The notes under the pieces were generated by a model that searched no databases, was not told where the DNA came from, and worked only from the letters and a program-made list of their open reading frames with translations. A program made the position numbers and the translations under genes. Positions 25,689-35,765 of a stretch of 64,000 nt of DNA are shown in pieces. The stretch comes from Candidatus Limnocylindrales bacterium. GTDB lineage: Bacteria; Chloroflexota; Limnocylindria; Limnocylindrales; CSP1-4. Location: positions 1,141 through 65,140 of the forward strand of contig JBIOII010000002.1 of NCBI GenBank assembly GCA_044449785.1. Reading direction: 5' to 3'. Each line of letters starts with the position of its first letter. Position 1 is the first letter of the stretch.

Positions 25689-28139
25689 GTGCGCTACGGT
25701 CACTTCGACGATGAGCGACGCGAGTACGTCATCACCCGTCCGGACACGCCGTTGCCGTGGATCAACTACCTCGGCAGCGAAGCGTATTTCGGAATCATCT
25801 CGAACACCGCCGGCGGCTACTCCTTCTACCGCGACGCACGCCTGCGCCGCCTGACCCGGTACCGATACAACAATGCGCCGCTGGACCTGGGCGGGCGCTA
25901 CATCTACCTGCGCGACGACGAGTCTGGCGAGTACTGGAGCCCGAGCTGGCAGCCCACCCAGTGTGAGGTCGAGGACTACAGCTGCCGCCACGGGCTGGGC
26001 TACTCGATCATTGGCTCGCGTTTCAAAGGCATTCGAGGCGAGACCCTCTACTTCGTTCCACTCGGCGAGAACCTCGAAGTGTGGCGGATCCGCGTCACGA
26101 ACGAACGGGCCACTCCGGCGAAGATCTCACTCTTCGACTCGATCGAGTTCTGCCTTTGGGAAGCCAACGAAGACGCCACGAACTTCCAGCGGAACTACTC
26201 CACGGGCCAGGTCGAGGTGGAGGACGGCGTCATCTATCACAAGACCGAGTACCGCGAGCGGCGCGACCATTTCGCGTTCTTCGCCTGCTCGGCTCCGCTG
26301 ACCGGGTTCGACACTCAGCGCGACGCGTTCCTCGGGCCCTACCGCGGCTGGGATCGGCCGCTTGCCGTAGAGAACGGCGCCGCCACCGGCTCGATCGCCC
26401 ACGGCTGGCAGCCGATGGGCTCTCACCACGTCAAGCTCGATCTGGCGCCGGGCGAGACGAGGGAAGTCATCGTGCTGCTCGGGTACCAGGAGAACCCCAA
26501 GGACGACAAATTCGATCCGCCCGGCTCGCAGAAGATCAACAAGAAGCGGGTCAAACCGATCATCGCCCGCTACCTCCAGCCGGCTGTCGTCGAGAAGGCA
26601 TTCGCCGACCTCCATGCCTACTGGACGAACGCGCTCGGCATCTTGCAGGTGACGACCGCCAGCGAGCACGTGAACCGGATGGTGAACATCTGGAACGCAT
26701 ACCAGTGCATGGTGACGTTCAACATCTCGCGCTCGGCCTCGCTGTTCGAGTCTGGTATAGGCCGCGGCATGGGCTTCCGAGATTCGAACCAGGACTTGCT
26801 GGGCTTCGTCCACATGGTCCCGGCTCGGGCCCGCGAGCGAATCCTCGATATCGCCGCGACCCAGCTGCCGAGCGGCGGCGCATACCACCAGTACCAGCCG
26901 CTGACCAAGCGCGGCAACGACGACGTGGGTGGCGGCTTCAACGACGACCCGGCCTGGCTCGTTCTCGCAGTGGCGGCGTATCTCAAGGAGACGGGAGACT
27001 CCGGCGTACTGGATGAGCCGGTGCCCTACAACAACGCCCACGGCACCGAGAAGCCGCTGTACGAACACCTGCAGCGATCGCTCGGTTACACGCTGGAACG
27101 CGTTGGACCGCACGGCCTGCCGCTCATCGGCCGGGCCGACTGGAACGATTGCCTGAACCTCAACTGCTTTTCAGATACGCCGGGCGAGTCGTTCCAAACG
27201 ACGGAGAACAAGGAGGGCGGCGTCGCCGAGTCCGTCTTCATCGGTGGGCTATTCGTGCTCGCCGCCAGGGAGATGGTGGACATCGCGACCCGGCGCGGGG
27301 ACTCGGTCGAGGCGAAGCGATCGGCGGACGCGGCAGCGGCGATGACGTCGATCGTCGAGACAGCCGGTTGGGACGGTGACTGGTTCCGCCGTGCCTACGA
27401 CTTCTTCGGGAATCCTGTCGGGTCGAAGGAATGCACCGAGGGCCAGATCTTCGTCGAGCCTCAAGGCATGTGCATCGTGGCCGGCATCGGTCTCGAGAAT
27501 GGGCTGGCCGGCAAGGCCCTGACCGCGGTTCGTGAGCGGCTGGCCACGCCGCACGGCATCGTCCTGAACCAGCCCGCGTTCACCTCCTATCACCTCGAGC
27601 TCGGCGAGATCTCGACTTATCCGGAGGGCTACAAGGAGAACGCCGGCGTCTTCTGCCACACCAACCCCTGGGTGATGATCGCGGAGGCGATGGCCGGCAA
27701 CGGCGACGGCGCGCTGGACTACTACCTGCGCATCAACCCCTCGGCGCGTGAGGAGATCTCCGAGGTGCATCGCTGCGAGCCGTACGTCTACGCCCAGATG
27801 ATCGCCGGCAAGGACGCGCCGACCCACGGCGAAGCAAAGAACTCGTGGCTCACGGGCACGGCCGCCTGGAACTTCGTCGCGATCAGCCAGTGGATCCTGG
27901 GCATCAGGGCCGAGCACGACGGCCTGCGCATCGATCCGAGCCTGCCCGCGGACTGGGGCGACTACACCGTGGGCCGCCGCTTCCGCGGCGCCCGATACGA
28001 GATAACGGTCCACAAGGCCAGGGGCGCTTTCGGTCGCGTGGCGAGGATGACGCTGGACGGGGCGGCGATCGACGGCAATCTCCTCCCCCTTCCAACCAGA
28101 CCCGGCCAGTCATTCGTGGTCGAGGCGTTCGTCCAGTAG
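25689..28139 (+). CDS. GH94 family glycoside phosphorylase (cellobiose/chitobiose phosphorylase-like)
   Basis: N-terminus RYGHFDDERREYVITRPDTPLPWINYLG, GGYSFYRDARLRRLTRYRYNN, and catalytic region HGLPLIGRADWNDCLN. Start set at GTG 25689 after GAAGAGGAGAG, giving about 816 aa. Confidence 0.88.
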   Translation: MRYGHFDDERREYVITRPDTPLPWINYLGSEAYFGIISNTAGGYSFYRDARLRRLTRYRYNNAPLDLGGRYIYLRDDESGEYWSPSWQPTQCEVEDYSCRHGLGYSIIGSRFKGIRGETLYFVPLGENLEVWRIRVTNERATPAKISLFDSIEFCLWEANEDATNFQRNYSTGQVEVEDGVIYHKTEYRERRDHFAFFACSAPLTGFDTQRDAFLGPYRGWDRPLAVENGAATGSIAHGWQPMGSHHVKLDLAPGETREVIVLLGYQENPKDDKFDPPGSQKINKKRVKPIIARYLQPAVVEKAFADLHAYWTNALGILQVTTASEHVNRMVNIWNAYQCMVTFNISRSASLFESGIGRGMGFRDSNQDLLGFVHMVPARARERILDIAATQLPSGGAYHQYQPLTKRGNDDVGGGFNDDPAWLVLAVAAYLKETGDSGVLDEPVPYNNAHGTEKPLYEHLQRSLGYTLERVGPHGLPLIGRADWNDCLNLNCFSDTPGESFQTTENKEGGVAESVFIGGLFVLAAREMVDIATRRGDSVEAKRSADAAAAMTSIVETAGWDGDWFRRAYDFFGNPVGSKECTEGQIFVEPQGMCIVAGIGLENGLAGKALTAVRERLATPHGIVLNQPAFTSYHLELGEISTYPEGYKENAGVFCHTNPWVMIAEAMAGNGDGALDYYLRINPSAREEISEVHRCEPYVYAQMIAGKDAPTHGEAKNSWLTGTAAWNFVAISQWILGIRAEHDGLRIDPSLPADWGDYTVGRRFRGARYEITVHKARGAFGRVARMTLDGAAIDGNLLPLPTRPGQSFVVEAFVQ

Positions 28140-28205
28140 CATTCGCCTGCGTCCAGCCGCGTTTGCGCCCGACCCGTAGATTCGGGCGGCGCCGGAGACA
28201 ACCCA

Positions 28206-30605
28206 ATGTCTGAGGTCGAGGCTCGCCCTGGCGCCAACGCATACGGCTACTTCGACGTGGCGGCCCGTGAGTACGTCATCACTCGCCCCGACACGCCGAC
28301 GCCATGGCTCAACTACATCGGCGAGGGCCGGTACGGCGGCATCGTGTCGAACACCGGCGGCGGCTACTCGTTCGACCGCGACCCGCGCAACCGGCGGGTC
28401 ACCCGCTACCGCTACAATGCCATCCCAGTCGATCAGCCGGGCCGCTACGTTTACCTGCGGGACCAGGATTCCGGCGAATACTGGAGCCCAACCGCACGCC
28501 CGACAAAGCGCGATCTGGACGCCTACGAATGCCGCCACGGCGCGGCTTACACGCGGATCTCCAGTTCGTGGCGTGGGATCGCGGCCGAGATCACCTATTT
28601 CGTCCCGCCGAGCTCGGCGGATGAGCCCGCCCCTTGCGAGCTGTGGGTCCTCAAGGTCCGCAACGTCGGCTCGTCCCCGCGCCGGCTGCGCTCTTTCAGC
28701 TACGCCGAGTTCAGCTTTGCCGATGCCTTCAACGACCTGACCAACCTGGACTGGGCCCAGCACATCGTCTTCTCGAGCTGCGAGAACGGCGTCATCCGGG
28801 TCGGGACCAAGTTCAACCCGCTGACCTACTTCTTCGGCGCCAGCGAGGCGCCCGCCGGTTACACCTGCGACCGCGAGGACTTCATCGGGCGTGGCCGCGA
28901 CCTGGCCGATCCGATCGTCGTCGAGACCGGACAGCCGTCGAATGGCGGCTCGCCGCGAGGCAACAGCGTGGGTTCGCTCGTGCACGACATCGAACTGGCC
29001 GCTGACCAGGAACGCCTGATCGTCTTCGTCATGGGTGCCACGGAGCAGCCGGTGGAAATAGGCCGTGTGGTGGCTCGCTATGCCGATCCGGCCGAGGTGA
29101 GTGCCGCATTCGCGGCCCTCCGCGACGACTGGGCGGCCTACTTGTCGCGGTTCACCGTGGAAACCCCGGACGCCGACACGAACGCAATGATCAACTTGTG
29201 GAACCAGGTTCAGTGCCGGACCACGCTGTACTGGTCACGCTTCGTCTCCGGCTACGAGAGCGGCCTGGGCCGTGGCATGGGCACGCGCGACAGCGGCCAG
29301 GACACGCTGGGCACGATGCACACCGTGCCGGACCACGCCCGCCGGATGCTCACCACGATCTGGAGGATGCAGTTCGCCGACGGCCACACCTGGCACCAGT
29401 TCTTCCCGTTGACGCTGGAGGGCGGACCCGGGCTGGCTTCGGAGTATCCGAACTGGCCGCAATGGTTCAGCGACGACCACCTGTGGTTGATCCTTTCGGT
29501 CTGCGCTTACCTCCGAGAAACCGGCGACTTCGATTATCTCGAGCAGAAGGTCGCCTACGTCGACCATGCCGATGAGACCATCTGGGAGCACATGCTCCGG
29601 GCGGTCGATTTCACGCTCGGGCATCTCGGACCGCACGGATTGCCCCGCGCCGGCTTCTCTGACTGGAACGACACGCTCAACATCGACCACGGCTCCGGCA
29701 AGGCGGAGAGCGTCTGGACGGGGATGCAGTTCTGCCGGGTCATGCTGGATTTGCAGGAGCTTGCCCAGCATCTGGGCCGGCCGGCCGACGCGGCGCGCTA
29801 CGCGGCGCTTCACGCCTCCATGGCGAAGGCGATCAACCAGTGTGCATGGGATGGCGCTTGGTACAAGCGCGCCTTCGACGACGACGGCCTGCCGATCGGC
29901 GAGTCCGGGGCGGCGCACCAGGCGATCGACCTGATTCCGCAGAGCTGGAGCGTCCTTGGTGGGGTTGCGTCTCGGGAGCGGGCGGTCATGGCGATGCGCT
30001 CGGCCGACGAGAGGCTCAACACGAAGTTCGGTATCGCATTGCTCTGGCCGCCCTACGATGGCGCCGACGATCGGGTCCGCGGCACTGCGACGTACGTGCC
30101 CGGGGCCAAGGAGAACGGCGGCATCTTCTGCCACGCCAACACGTGGTCGATCGTGGCCGCGGCGATGCTCGGCGACGGTGACGCGGCGTACAAGTACTAC
30201 CGCCAGATCCTGCCACTGGCCCGTACCGACTCGGACCTCTACAAGGTGGAGCCGTACACGTACCCGCAGAACATCTGCGGCCCGACTCACCCGTCGTTCG
30301 GGATGGCGCGAAACGCCTGGTTGACGGGAACGGCATCGTGGACTTTCGTGGCCGCCTCGCAGTGGATCCTCGGCATCCGGCCAACGTACGATGGGCTCCG
30401 CGTGGCGCCGGCACTACCAAGCGCGTGGCCGGGCTTCAAGGCCCATCGTGAGTTCCGCGGCACGGCCTACGAGATCTCGGTCCGGCGTGGCGGCGCCGGC
30501 AATGCCGTGTCGCTGATCGTCGACGGAACGGAAGTGGCCGGCGATGTCGTACCGCTTCCGGCGCCCGAAACGCCGATGGTGAAAGTGGAGGTCGTTCTGC
30601 GATGA
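28206..30605 (+). CDS. GH94 family glycoside phosphorylase, second paralog
   Basis: YGYFDVAAREYVITRPDTPTPWLNYIG, GGYSFDRDPRNRRVTRYRYNA, HGLPRAGFSDWNDTLN. 799 aa. Confidence 0.88.
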   Translation: MSEVEARPGANAYGYFDVAAREYVITRPDTPTPWLNYIGEGRYGGIVSNTGGGYSFDRDPRNRRVTRYRYNAIPVDQPGRYVYLRDQDSGEYWSPTARPTKRDLDAYECRHGAAYTRISSSWRGIAAEITYFVPPSSADEPAPCELWVLKVRNVGSSPRRLRSFSYAEFSFADAFNDLTNLDWAQHIVFSSCENGVIRVGTKFNPLTYFFGASEAPAGYTCDREDFIGRGRDLADPIVVETGQPSNGGSPRGNSVGSLVHDIELAADQERLIVFVMGATEQPVEIGRVVARYADPAEVSAAFAALRDDWAAYLSRFTVETPDADTNAMINLWNQVQCRTTLYWSRFVSGYESGLGRGMGTRDSGQDTLGTMHTVPDHARRMLTTIWRMQFADGHTWHQFFPLTLEGGPGLASEYPNWPQWFSDDHLWLILSVCAYLRETGDFDYLEQKVAYVDHADETIWEHMLRAVDFTLGHLGPHGLPRAGFSDWNDTLNIDHGSGKAESVWTGMQFCRVMLDLQELAQHLGRPADAARYAALHASMAKAINQCAWDGAWYKRAFDDDGLPIGESGAAHQAIDLIPQSWSVLGGVASRERAVMAMRSADERLNTKFGIALLWPPYDGADDRVRGTATYVPGAKENGGIFCHANTWSIVAAAMLGDGDAAYKYYRQILPLARTDSDLYKVEPYTYPQNICGPTHPSFGMARNAWLTGTASWTFVAASQWILGIRPTYDGLRVAPALPSAWPGFKAHREFRGTAYEISVRRGGAGNAVSLIVDGTEVAGDVVPLPAPETPMVKVEVVLR

Positions 30606-31531
30606 GCGTTTCTGCAATTGGGGCGGACGGATTGCCGGGCGTCCCCGGCGACTACCACGGCCGGGCCACTCGCCGCCTGGATAACGGCCGTTGCTGGGTC
30701 GACGTCCTGGCAACCGGCGGGCCGCGCATCGTGGGCTTCGGGTTGAGTGGCCGGGACAACTTCCTCGTCGAGACGCCGCAGATCAGCTGGGACGCCGGCT
30801 ACGGCACGTACGATCTGCTCGGCGGGCACCGGCTCTGGTTCGCGCCCGAGACCTCGCTCTGCAGCGTGCCGGACGCCACGGGCTTGACTCTGACGGCAAT
30901 CCCCGACGCCGCGGCACCTGCGGTCCGTTTGGTGGGGCCGGTAGAGGGGCCGACCGGCCTGCGACGGACGATGGAGATCCGGCTCGACGCGGATTCGGCC
31001 GCAGTCACGGTTCACCACGTGATCGCGAACGAGGGCTCGGGCGAGATCGAGCTGGCGCCGTGGGGGATCACGCAACTCCGCCTGGGCGGCGTCGCGGTCG
31101 TCCCGATGGCACCGGAGGCCAAAGAGCACGCCCTCCAGCCAAACCAGGTCGTCGCGCTCTGGCCCTATGCGTTCTGGTCCGACGACCGGCTGCACATCGG
31201 CGATCGAACCCTCACCGTGGCCGGACGGCCGGCAAAGGCGTTCAAGGTCGGCTGTCTCGACACGTCGGGCGTGGCCGCCTATCTGCGCGACGGGCTCCTG
31301 TTCGTGTTGCGTTTCGATCCCGCGGTCGGCGCCGCTCGCGCCGATTTCGGCTGCAACGTCGAGGTCTACGTCGACGAGTCGGCGATCGAGCTGGAGTCTC
31401 TCGGGCCGCTCGAGTGTCTGGGTCCGGGCGAGGCCACCGCTCACGACGAGAGCTGGGAATTGCGCGAGGTCGAGCCGGGAATCGACGCTGCCGGGGTACT
31501 CGACCTCCTCCAGGCGAGGAATCGGCGTTAG
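30602..31531 (+). CDS. hypothetical protein, translationally coupled to the GH94 gene (possibly mutarotase-like beta-sandwich)
   Basis: ATGA overlap with the previous stop. 309 aa, beta-rich composition. The mutarotase-like guess rests only on context and weak resemblance. Confidence 0.55.
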   Translation: MSVSAIGADGLPGVPGDYHGRATRRLDNGRCWVDVLATGGPRIVGFGLSGRDNFLVETPQISWDAGYGTYDLLGGHRLWFAPETSLCSVPDATGLTLTAIPDAAAPAVRLVGPVEGPTGLRRTMEIRLDADSAAVTVHHVIANEGSGEIELAPWGITQLRLGGVAVVPMAPEAKEHALQPNQVVALWPYAFWSDDRLHIGDRTLTVAGRPAKAFKVGCLDTSGVAAYLRDGLLFVLRFDPAVGAARADFGCNVEVYVDESAIELESLGPLECLGPGEATAHDESWELREVEPGIDAAGVLDLLQARNRR

Positions 31532-31587
31532 CCGGCGGGCGCGTTTAGGGCTGCCCGCGGAACGAAGGCCGATGTAGGCTCTCCGCA

Positions 31588-32097
31588 ATGCCGGATCTGT
31601 ACGAAGTACTTCAGGTTCATCCGAGGGCCGAATCGGAAGTTATTCGCGCGGCCTACCGCACCCTGGCGCGGAAATACCACCCCGACCACGGCGGCGATGC
31701 GCGGCGGATGATCGAGATCAACGATGCCTGGGACGTCCTCGGCGATCCCCGCCGGCGAGCCGCGTACGACGCCGAGCGCGCCAGTGCGCCGGCCGCCGTC
31801 CCGAACCCCGAGCCGCCCCAGCAGCCGGTGTCGACTTCTACGGTGTCGCATGCGCCGGCCGATTCCCATGCGGGCCCGCCGCCGGGCCGTCCATCGGGCA
31901 CGGTGCTCGACTTCGGCCGCTACGCCGGCTGGTCGCTGGGCGAGATAGCCAGGCAGGACCTCGATTACCTCGAATGGCTCCAGAGGTCGACTCTCGGACG
32001 GCGCCTCCGCGCCGAAATCGACGTCCTCCTCGCCCCGAGGCGCCGGCCGGGATCGTCGGCTACGTCCACCGCCAGTCCGTGGCGCGGGCACCGCTAG
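31588..32097 (+). CDS. J-domain protein, paralog of 5595-6341
   Basis: DLYEVLQVHPRAESEVIRAAYRTLARKYHPDHGGD. C-terminal LDFGRYAGWSLGEIARQDLDYLEWLQRS. Confidence 0.8.
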   Translation: MPDLYEVLQVHPRAESEVIRAAYRTLARKYHPDHGGDARRMIEINDAWDVLGDPRRRAAYDAERASAPAAVPNPEPPQQPVSTSTVSHAPADSHAGPPPGRPSGTVLDFGRYAGWSLGEIARQDLDYLEWLQRSTLGRRLRAEIDVLLAPRRRPGSSATSTASPWRGHR

Positions 32098-32203
32098 GCC
32101 CGTACCCGGACGCAGCTGGCGCAAGCCGCCCTCGAGTCGTGGCGCGGCCCTGAAGATGCCGGGGCCGCTGCCGGTGGCGCATCTGCGCTAGCATCGGGCC
32201 GTC

Positions 32204-33085
32204 ATGAAGTTCGGGTTGATCCTTAGGAACACCGGCGCCGGGTCGAGCCGCGAGGCGATCGAGGCCGGCGCGGAGACGGCCGAACGCCTGGGCTGGGAGA
32301 CGGTCTGGACGACCGATCACGTCCTCGCGCCGCACTCGGCCGCGACCGAATACGGGCGCGTCTTCGAGGCGATCGCCACCCTGGCCTGGGTCGGCGCCCG
32401 GCATCCGAACCTGAAGCTCGGGACGAGCGTGATCGTCGTGCCGCAGCGCAACGCCGTTCTGCTGGCCAAGGAGCTCGCCACTCTCGACGCCTTGAGTGGC
32501 GGGCGCCTGATTGCGGGCGTTGGCGTCGGCTGGAACGAGATCGAGTTCGGCAATCTCGGCGCGGCCGACCGATTCCATCGTCGCGGCGCTTATCTCGATG
32601 AGACGATCCGGCTGTGGCGGCACCTCTGGTCCGGCTCCGCGGAACCGTTCGAGGGCGTGTTCCACACCTTCACGGACTATGTCTTCGGGCCGTTGCCGGC
32701 CCAGGGCGATCGTGTCCCGATAGTCATCGGCGGGGGGTCCGAGGCGGCTCTCCGGCGCGCGGGTGCGCTCGGTGACGGCTACCACGCCACTCGGGCGACG
32801 CCCGAGGTCTTTGCCCCTCGGATCCCGATCATTCGAGCTGCAGCCGACGCGGCCGGACGGCCGATGCCCGTGCTGTCGGCGCGAGTGAGCGTCGCGGCGC
32901 CCGGGTCGGGAACCACCGGCGATCCGCTCGCCGGCGATCCCGCGGCCATGCTCCGAACAGTTCAGGCGTACGAGAGCCTCGGGCTCGCGCACCTGGCGCT
33001 CGTGTTCGGGCCGACCGAGCCGGCGGAGCTCGAGGCCTCGATCGAGCGTTTCGACGCCGAGGTCGTCAAAGCGGCCGCGGTCTGA
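32204..33085 (+). CDS. LLM-class F420/flavin-dependent oxidoreductase
   Basis: MKFGLILRN..., TVWTTDHVLAP, GVGVGWNEIEF, GGGSEAALRRAGALGDGY. This is the typical luciferase-like monooxygenase layout. Confidence 0.85.
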   Translation: MKFGLILRNTGAGSSREAIEAGAETAERLGWETVWTTDHVLAPHSAATEYGRVFEAIATLAWVGARHPNLKLGTSVIVVPQRNAVLLAKELATLDALSGGRLIAGVGVGWNEIEFGNLGAADRFHRRGAYLDETIRLWRHLWSGSAEPFEGVFHTFTDYVFGPLPAQGDRVPIVIGGGSEAALRRAGALGDGYHATRATPEVFAPRIPIIRAAADAAGRPMPVLSARVSVAAPGSGTTGDPLAGDPAAMLRTVQAYESLGLAHLALVFGPTEPAELEASIERFDAEVVKAAAV

Positions 33086-33119
33086 TCCGCAGAGAAGCTC
33101 GCGCCTTAGGCCGCGGGCG

Positions 33120-33323
33120 ATGGATTGGCGGCTGAGCGGCTGTAGATCGAGTCTCCGCCTGTTCGACGAGATGCGGATCGACCGATTCGAAGGCGGTCGC
33201 ATTGTCGAGTCGTGGTTCATTCCGGATCGGCTCTCGCTCTGGCATCAGCTCGGCATCGGCGGAGGCGTGGCGGCGGGCGGCACGGAGGTTGCTGCGCCGC
33301 CGCGCCACGATGATCTGGCCTAG
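33120..33323 (+). pseudogene. possible remnant of a SnoaL-like/ester-cyclase gene (C-terminal fragment only)
   Basis: RIDRFEGGRIVESWFIPDRLSLWHQLG resembles the C-terminal strand and helix of ester cyclases. Too short for a full domain. Confidence 0.3.
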
Positions 33324-33365
33324 GATCGGCGGCGGCGGAGGGACTTAGTTCGTAGGGACCAGACG

Positions 33366-34100
33366 ATGACCACAACCGAGGCCCCGCTCAAGACGGCGCT
33401 CGTCGGCCGCGAGATGGTAGCCGAGCGCACGATGTCCTTCCGTTTCGAGAAACCGGCCGGCTGGACGTATCGAGCCGGACAGTCGATCGATGTGACGCTG
33501 CTCGACCCGCCCGAGACCGACGCAGAAGGCAACCTGCGGGCGTTTACCATGTCGAGCGCTCCACGCGAGAGCGTGATCGCGATCACGACCCGATTGCGCG
33601 ACACGGCATTCAAGCGAGTGTTGCAGCACGTCCCCCTTGGGACCGAAGTCAAGATAGAAGGGCCGTTCGGGAGCTTCCGGCTCCACAATGCCGCCCGACC
33701 GGCGGTGCTGCTGGCCGGCGGCATAGGGATCACGCCATTCCGCAGCATCCTGGTCGAGACGATCGGCGGCGGCCCCTTGCCGTACCGCGTCGTGCTCTTT
33801 CACGCCAACCGGCGCCCCGAAGACGCGGCCTTCGCTGCCGAGCTGCGGGCCCTCGCCCAGAAGGACACGAACCTGAACTTCGTTCCGACGATGACCGTGA
33901 TCGCCGGATCGACCCCGGCGTGGGACGGCGAGCGCGGTCACATCGATGCATCGATGCTGGCAGGCCACCTGGAAGGGGTCACGAATCCGATCTACTACAT
34001 CGCCGGCCCGATGGGCATGGTCGCGGCCCTGCGCGAAATGCTCCTCGCCTCCGGCGTCGACGAGGACGACATCCGGACCGAGGAATTCACCGGCTACTGA
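33366..34100 (+). CDS. FNR-like FAD/NAD(P)-binding oxidoreductase
   Basis: RAFTMSSAP (RxYS-type FAD motif), LLAGGIGITPFRS (NAD(P) glycine loop), C-terminal EEFTGY. Confidence 0.8.
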   Translation: MTTTEAPLKTALVGREMVAERTMSFRFEKPAGWTYRAGQSIDVTLLDPPETDAEGNLRAFTMSSAPRESVIAITTRLRDTAFKRVLQHVPLGTEVKIEGPFGSFRLHNAARPAVLLAGGIGITPFRSILVETIGGGPLPYRVVLFHANRRPEDAAFAAELRALAQKDTNLNFVPTMTVIAGSTPAWDGERGHIDASMLAGHLEGVTNPIYYIAGPMGMVAALREMLLASGVDEDDIRTEEFTGY

Positions 34101-34124
34101 GTCCGGACGCGGACCAGGACACGG

Positions 34125-35501
34125 TTGACTTCGCGAGCTAGCATCGGGAAGAGCAGGGCGAAGGAGCCAGGTGTCATAGCCGGAAAGACCGCGGCCATCG
34201 ATGCAGGGATCGCCACCGCCGAGTCACGGCGTGTTGCGATCGCCAGGGAAACCATCGCGCTGGTGCGGAGCGCGCTTCCGCCGGCCGGCAGGTTGGAGGT
34301 CGTGCTCGCACAGGATGCGACGCCCGATCGAACGGCTGCCGCGCGCGTCGTCGTCTCTGGACCGGGCGCCCTGGCGCGAATGCTTTGGCCGCCTTCCGCG
34401 GACGGCTTCGGCGAGGCGTATCTGCGCGGCGACATCGACATCGAGGGTGACATCTGGGCGGCGATCGACGCCGGACGCGCCGTCGACCTGCGACGACTCG
34501 GCCGCCACCTGCCACGTCTGGTGCAGCTGGGGCTCGATCTACGGCGGGGTGCGACGGAACCCGCACGCGAGCTTCGGCGAGTTGCCCGTCTGCACGGACA
34601 ACGTCACTCTCGGGCACGCGACCTCGCGGCCGTCCGCTTCCACTACGACGTCGGGAACGACTTCTTCTCGCTCTGGCTCGATAAGCGGCTGGTCTACTCG
34701 ACCGCCTACTTCGAGACTCCCGAGACGACTCTCGACGACGCTCAAGAGGCGAAGCTCGACCTCATCTGCCGCAAGCTCAGGCTCGCGCCGGGCATGCGAG
34801 TGCTCGACGTCGGCTGCGGCTGGGGTTCGCTCGTTTGCTTTGCAGCTGAGCGGTACGGCGTCGAGGCGGTCGGGATCACACTCAGCGCTGCACAGGCGAA
34901 GTGGGCATCGGCGGAGATCGAACGCTGGGGCCTGGGTGGGCGCGCCAAGGTGCTCGTCCGCGACTACCGCGACATCGGTGGGCTCGGGACCTTCGAAGCT
35001 GTCAGCTCCGTCGGCATGTTCGAGCACGTCGGCCGCGAGCGTCTGAACGACTACTTCGGGGCCGCGTTCCGAGCGCTCCGGCCCGGCGGGCTGTTCCTCA
35101 ACCACGGCATAGCGACGACCGCGGTGGCCCGCGGCCTGCGGCCGGGGTGGACCAGGTTCGGCGGCGGGGGCTTTGTCGGCCGGTATATCTTCCCGGACGG
35201 AGAGCTGGTTACCGTCGAAGACGCCGCTGGCTTTGCTCGGCGCTCGGGTTTCGAGCTGATCGATGTCCAGCGGCTCCGACCGCACTACGCGCTGACGCTC
35301 AAGGCGTGGGTCGAGCGCCTGGAGGCGTCGGCCGACCGCGCCCGCCAGATCGCCGGTGAAGAGGTCTATCGCGCATGGCGGCTGTACATGGCCGCCGCCC
35401 GGCGAGGCTTCGAGGAAGGCTCGATCGACGTCGCCCAGCTGCTGCTCGCCCGGCCCGGCGCGGACGGCCCAGCCTCACTCCCGCTTCGACCGTGGTGGTG
35501 A
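34125..35501 (+). CDS. cyclopropane-fatty-acyl-phospholipid synthase family SAM-dependent methyltransferase
   Basis: GEAYLRGDIDIEGD, HYDVGNDFFSLWLD, SAM motif VLDVGCGWGSL, FEHVG, YIFPDGEL. Confidence 0.85.
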   Translation: MTSRASIGKSRAKEPGVIAGKTAAIDAGIATAESRRVAIARETIALVRSALPPAGRLEVVLAQDATPDRTAAARVVVSGPGALARMLWPPSADGFGEAYLRGDIDIEGDIWAAIDAGRAVDLRRLGRHLPRLVQLGLDLRRGATEPARELRRVARLHGQRHSRARDLAAVRFHYDVGNDFFSLWLDKRLVYSTAYFETPETTLDDAQEAKLDLICRKLRLAPGMRVLDVGCGWGSLVCFAAERYGVEAVGITLSAAQAKWASAEIERWGLGGRAKVLVRDYRDIGGLGTFEAVSSVGMFEHVGRERLNDYFGAAFRALRPGGLFLNHGIATTAVARGLRPGWTRFGGGGFVGRYIFPDGELVTVEDAAGFARRSGFELIDVQRLRPHYALTLKAWVERLEASADRARQIAGEEVYRAWRLYMAAARRGFEEGSIDVAQLLLARPGADGPASLPLRPWW

Positions 35502-35640
35502 CCTGAGCCGACGGCGGGGGCCCGACCCGGGCCCGACGCTCCAGTTGTCACCAAGAGTCGTCGGCGGTCGGGGAGGAGGTACTCCGGTCTTTCGAAATGA
35601 GGCCGGCCCGGCCGCTTTGACCATGCCTTCGTGCTAACCT

Positions 35641-35765
35641 ACGGCCAACCTTTGCGGCCGGTCCTGTGAGGCCGGCGTACCGGTCCCGAGAGGCCGGAAG
35701 GGAGGTCCATGGTTGCCTGTAATGAGAACCACCGCGCCCGTAAGGCCGGTGGCCTTTTTGTGTGA
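35641..35765 (+). promoter_or_regulatory. PyrR-type transcription attenuator (leader of carA)
   Basis: Tandem stem-loops GCCGG-UCCUGUGAGG-CCGGC (35657-35676) and CCGG-UCCCGAGAGG-CCGG (35680-35697). The second matches the PyrR binding core UCC(A/C)GAGAGG. An intrinsic terminator follows at 35729-35759. Confidence 0.72.
35729..35759 (+). terminator. intrinsic terminator of the carA attenuator
   Basis: CCACCGCGCC-cgtaa-GGCCGGTGG (9 bp with one bulge), followed by CCTTTTTG. Confidence 0.7.
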
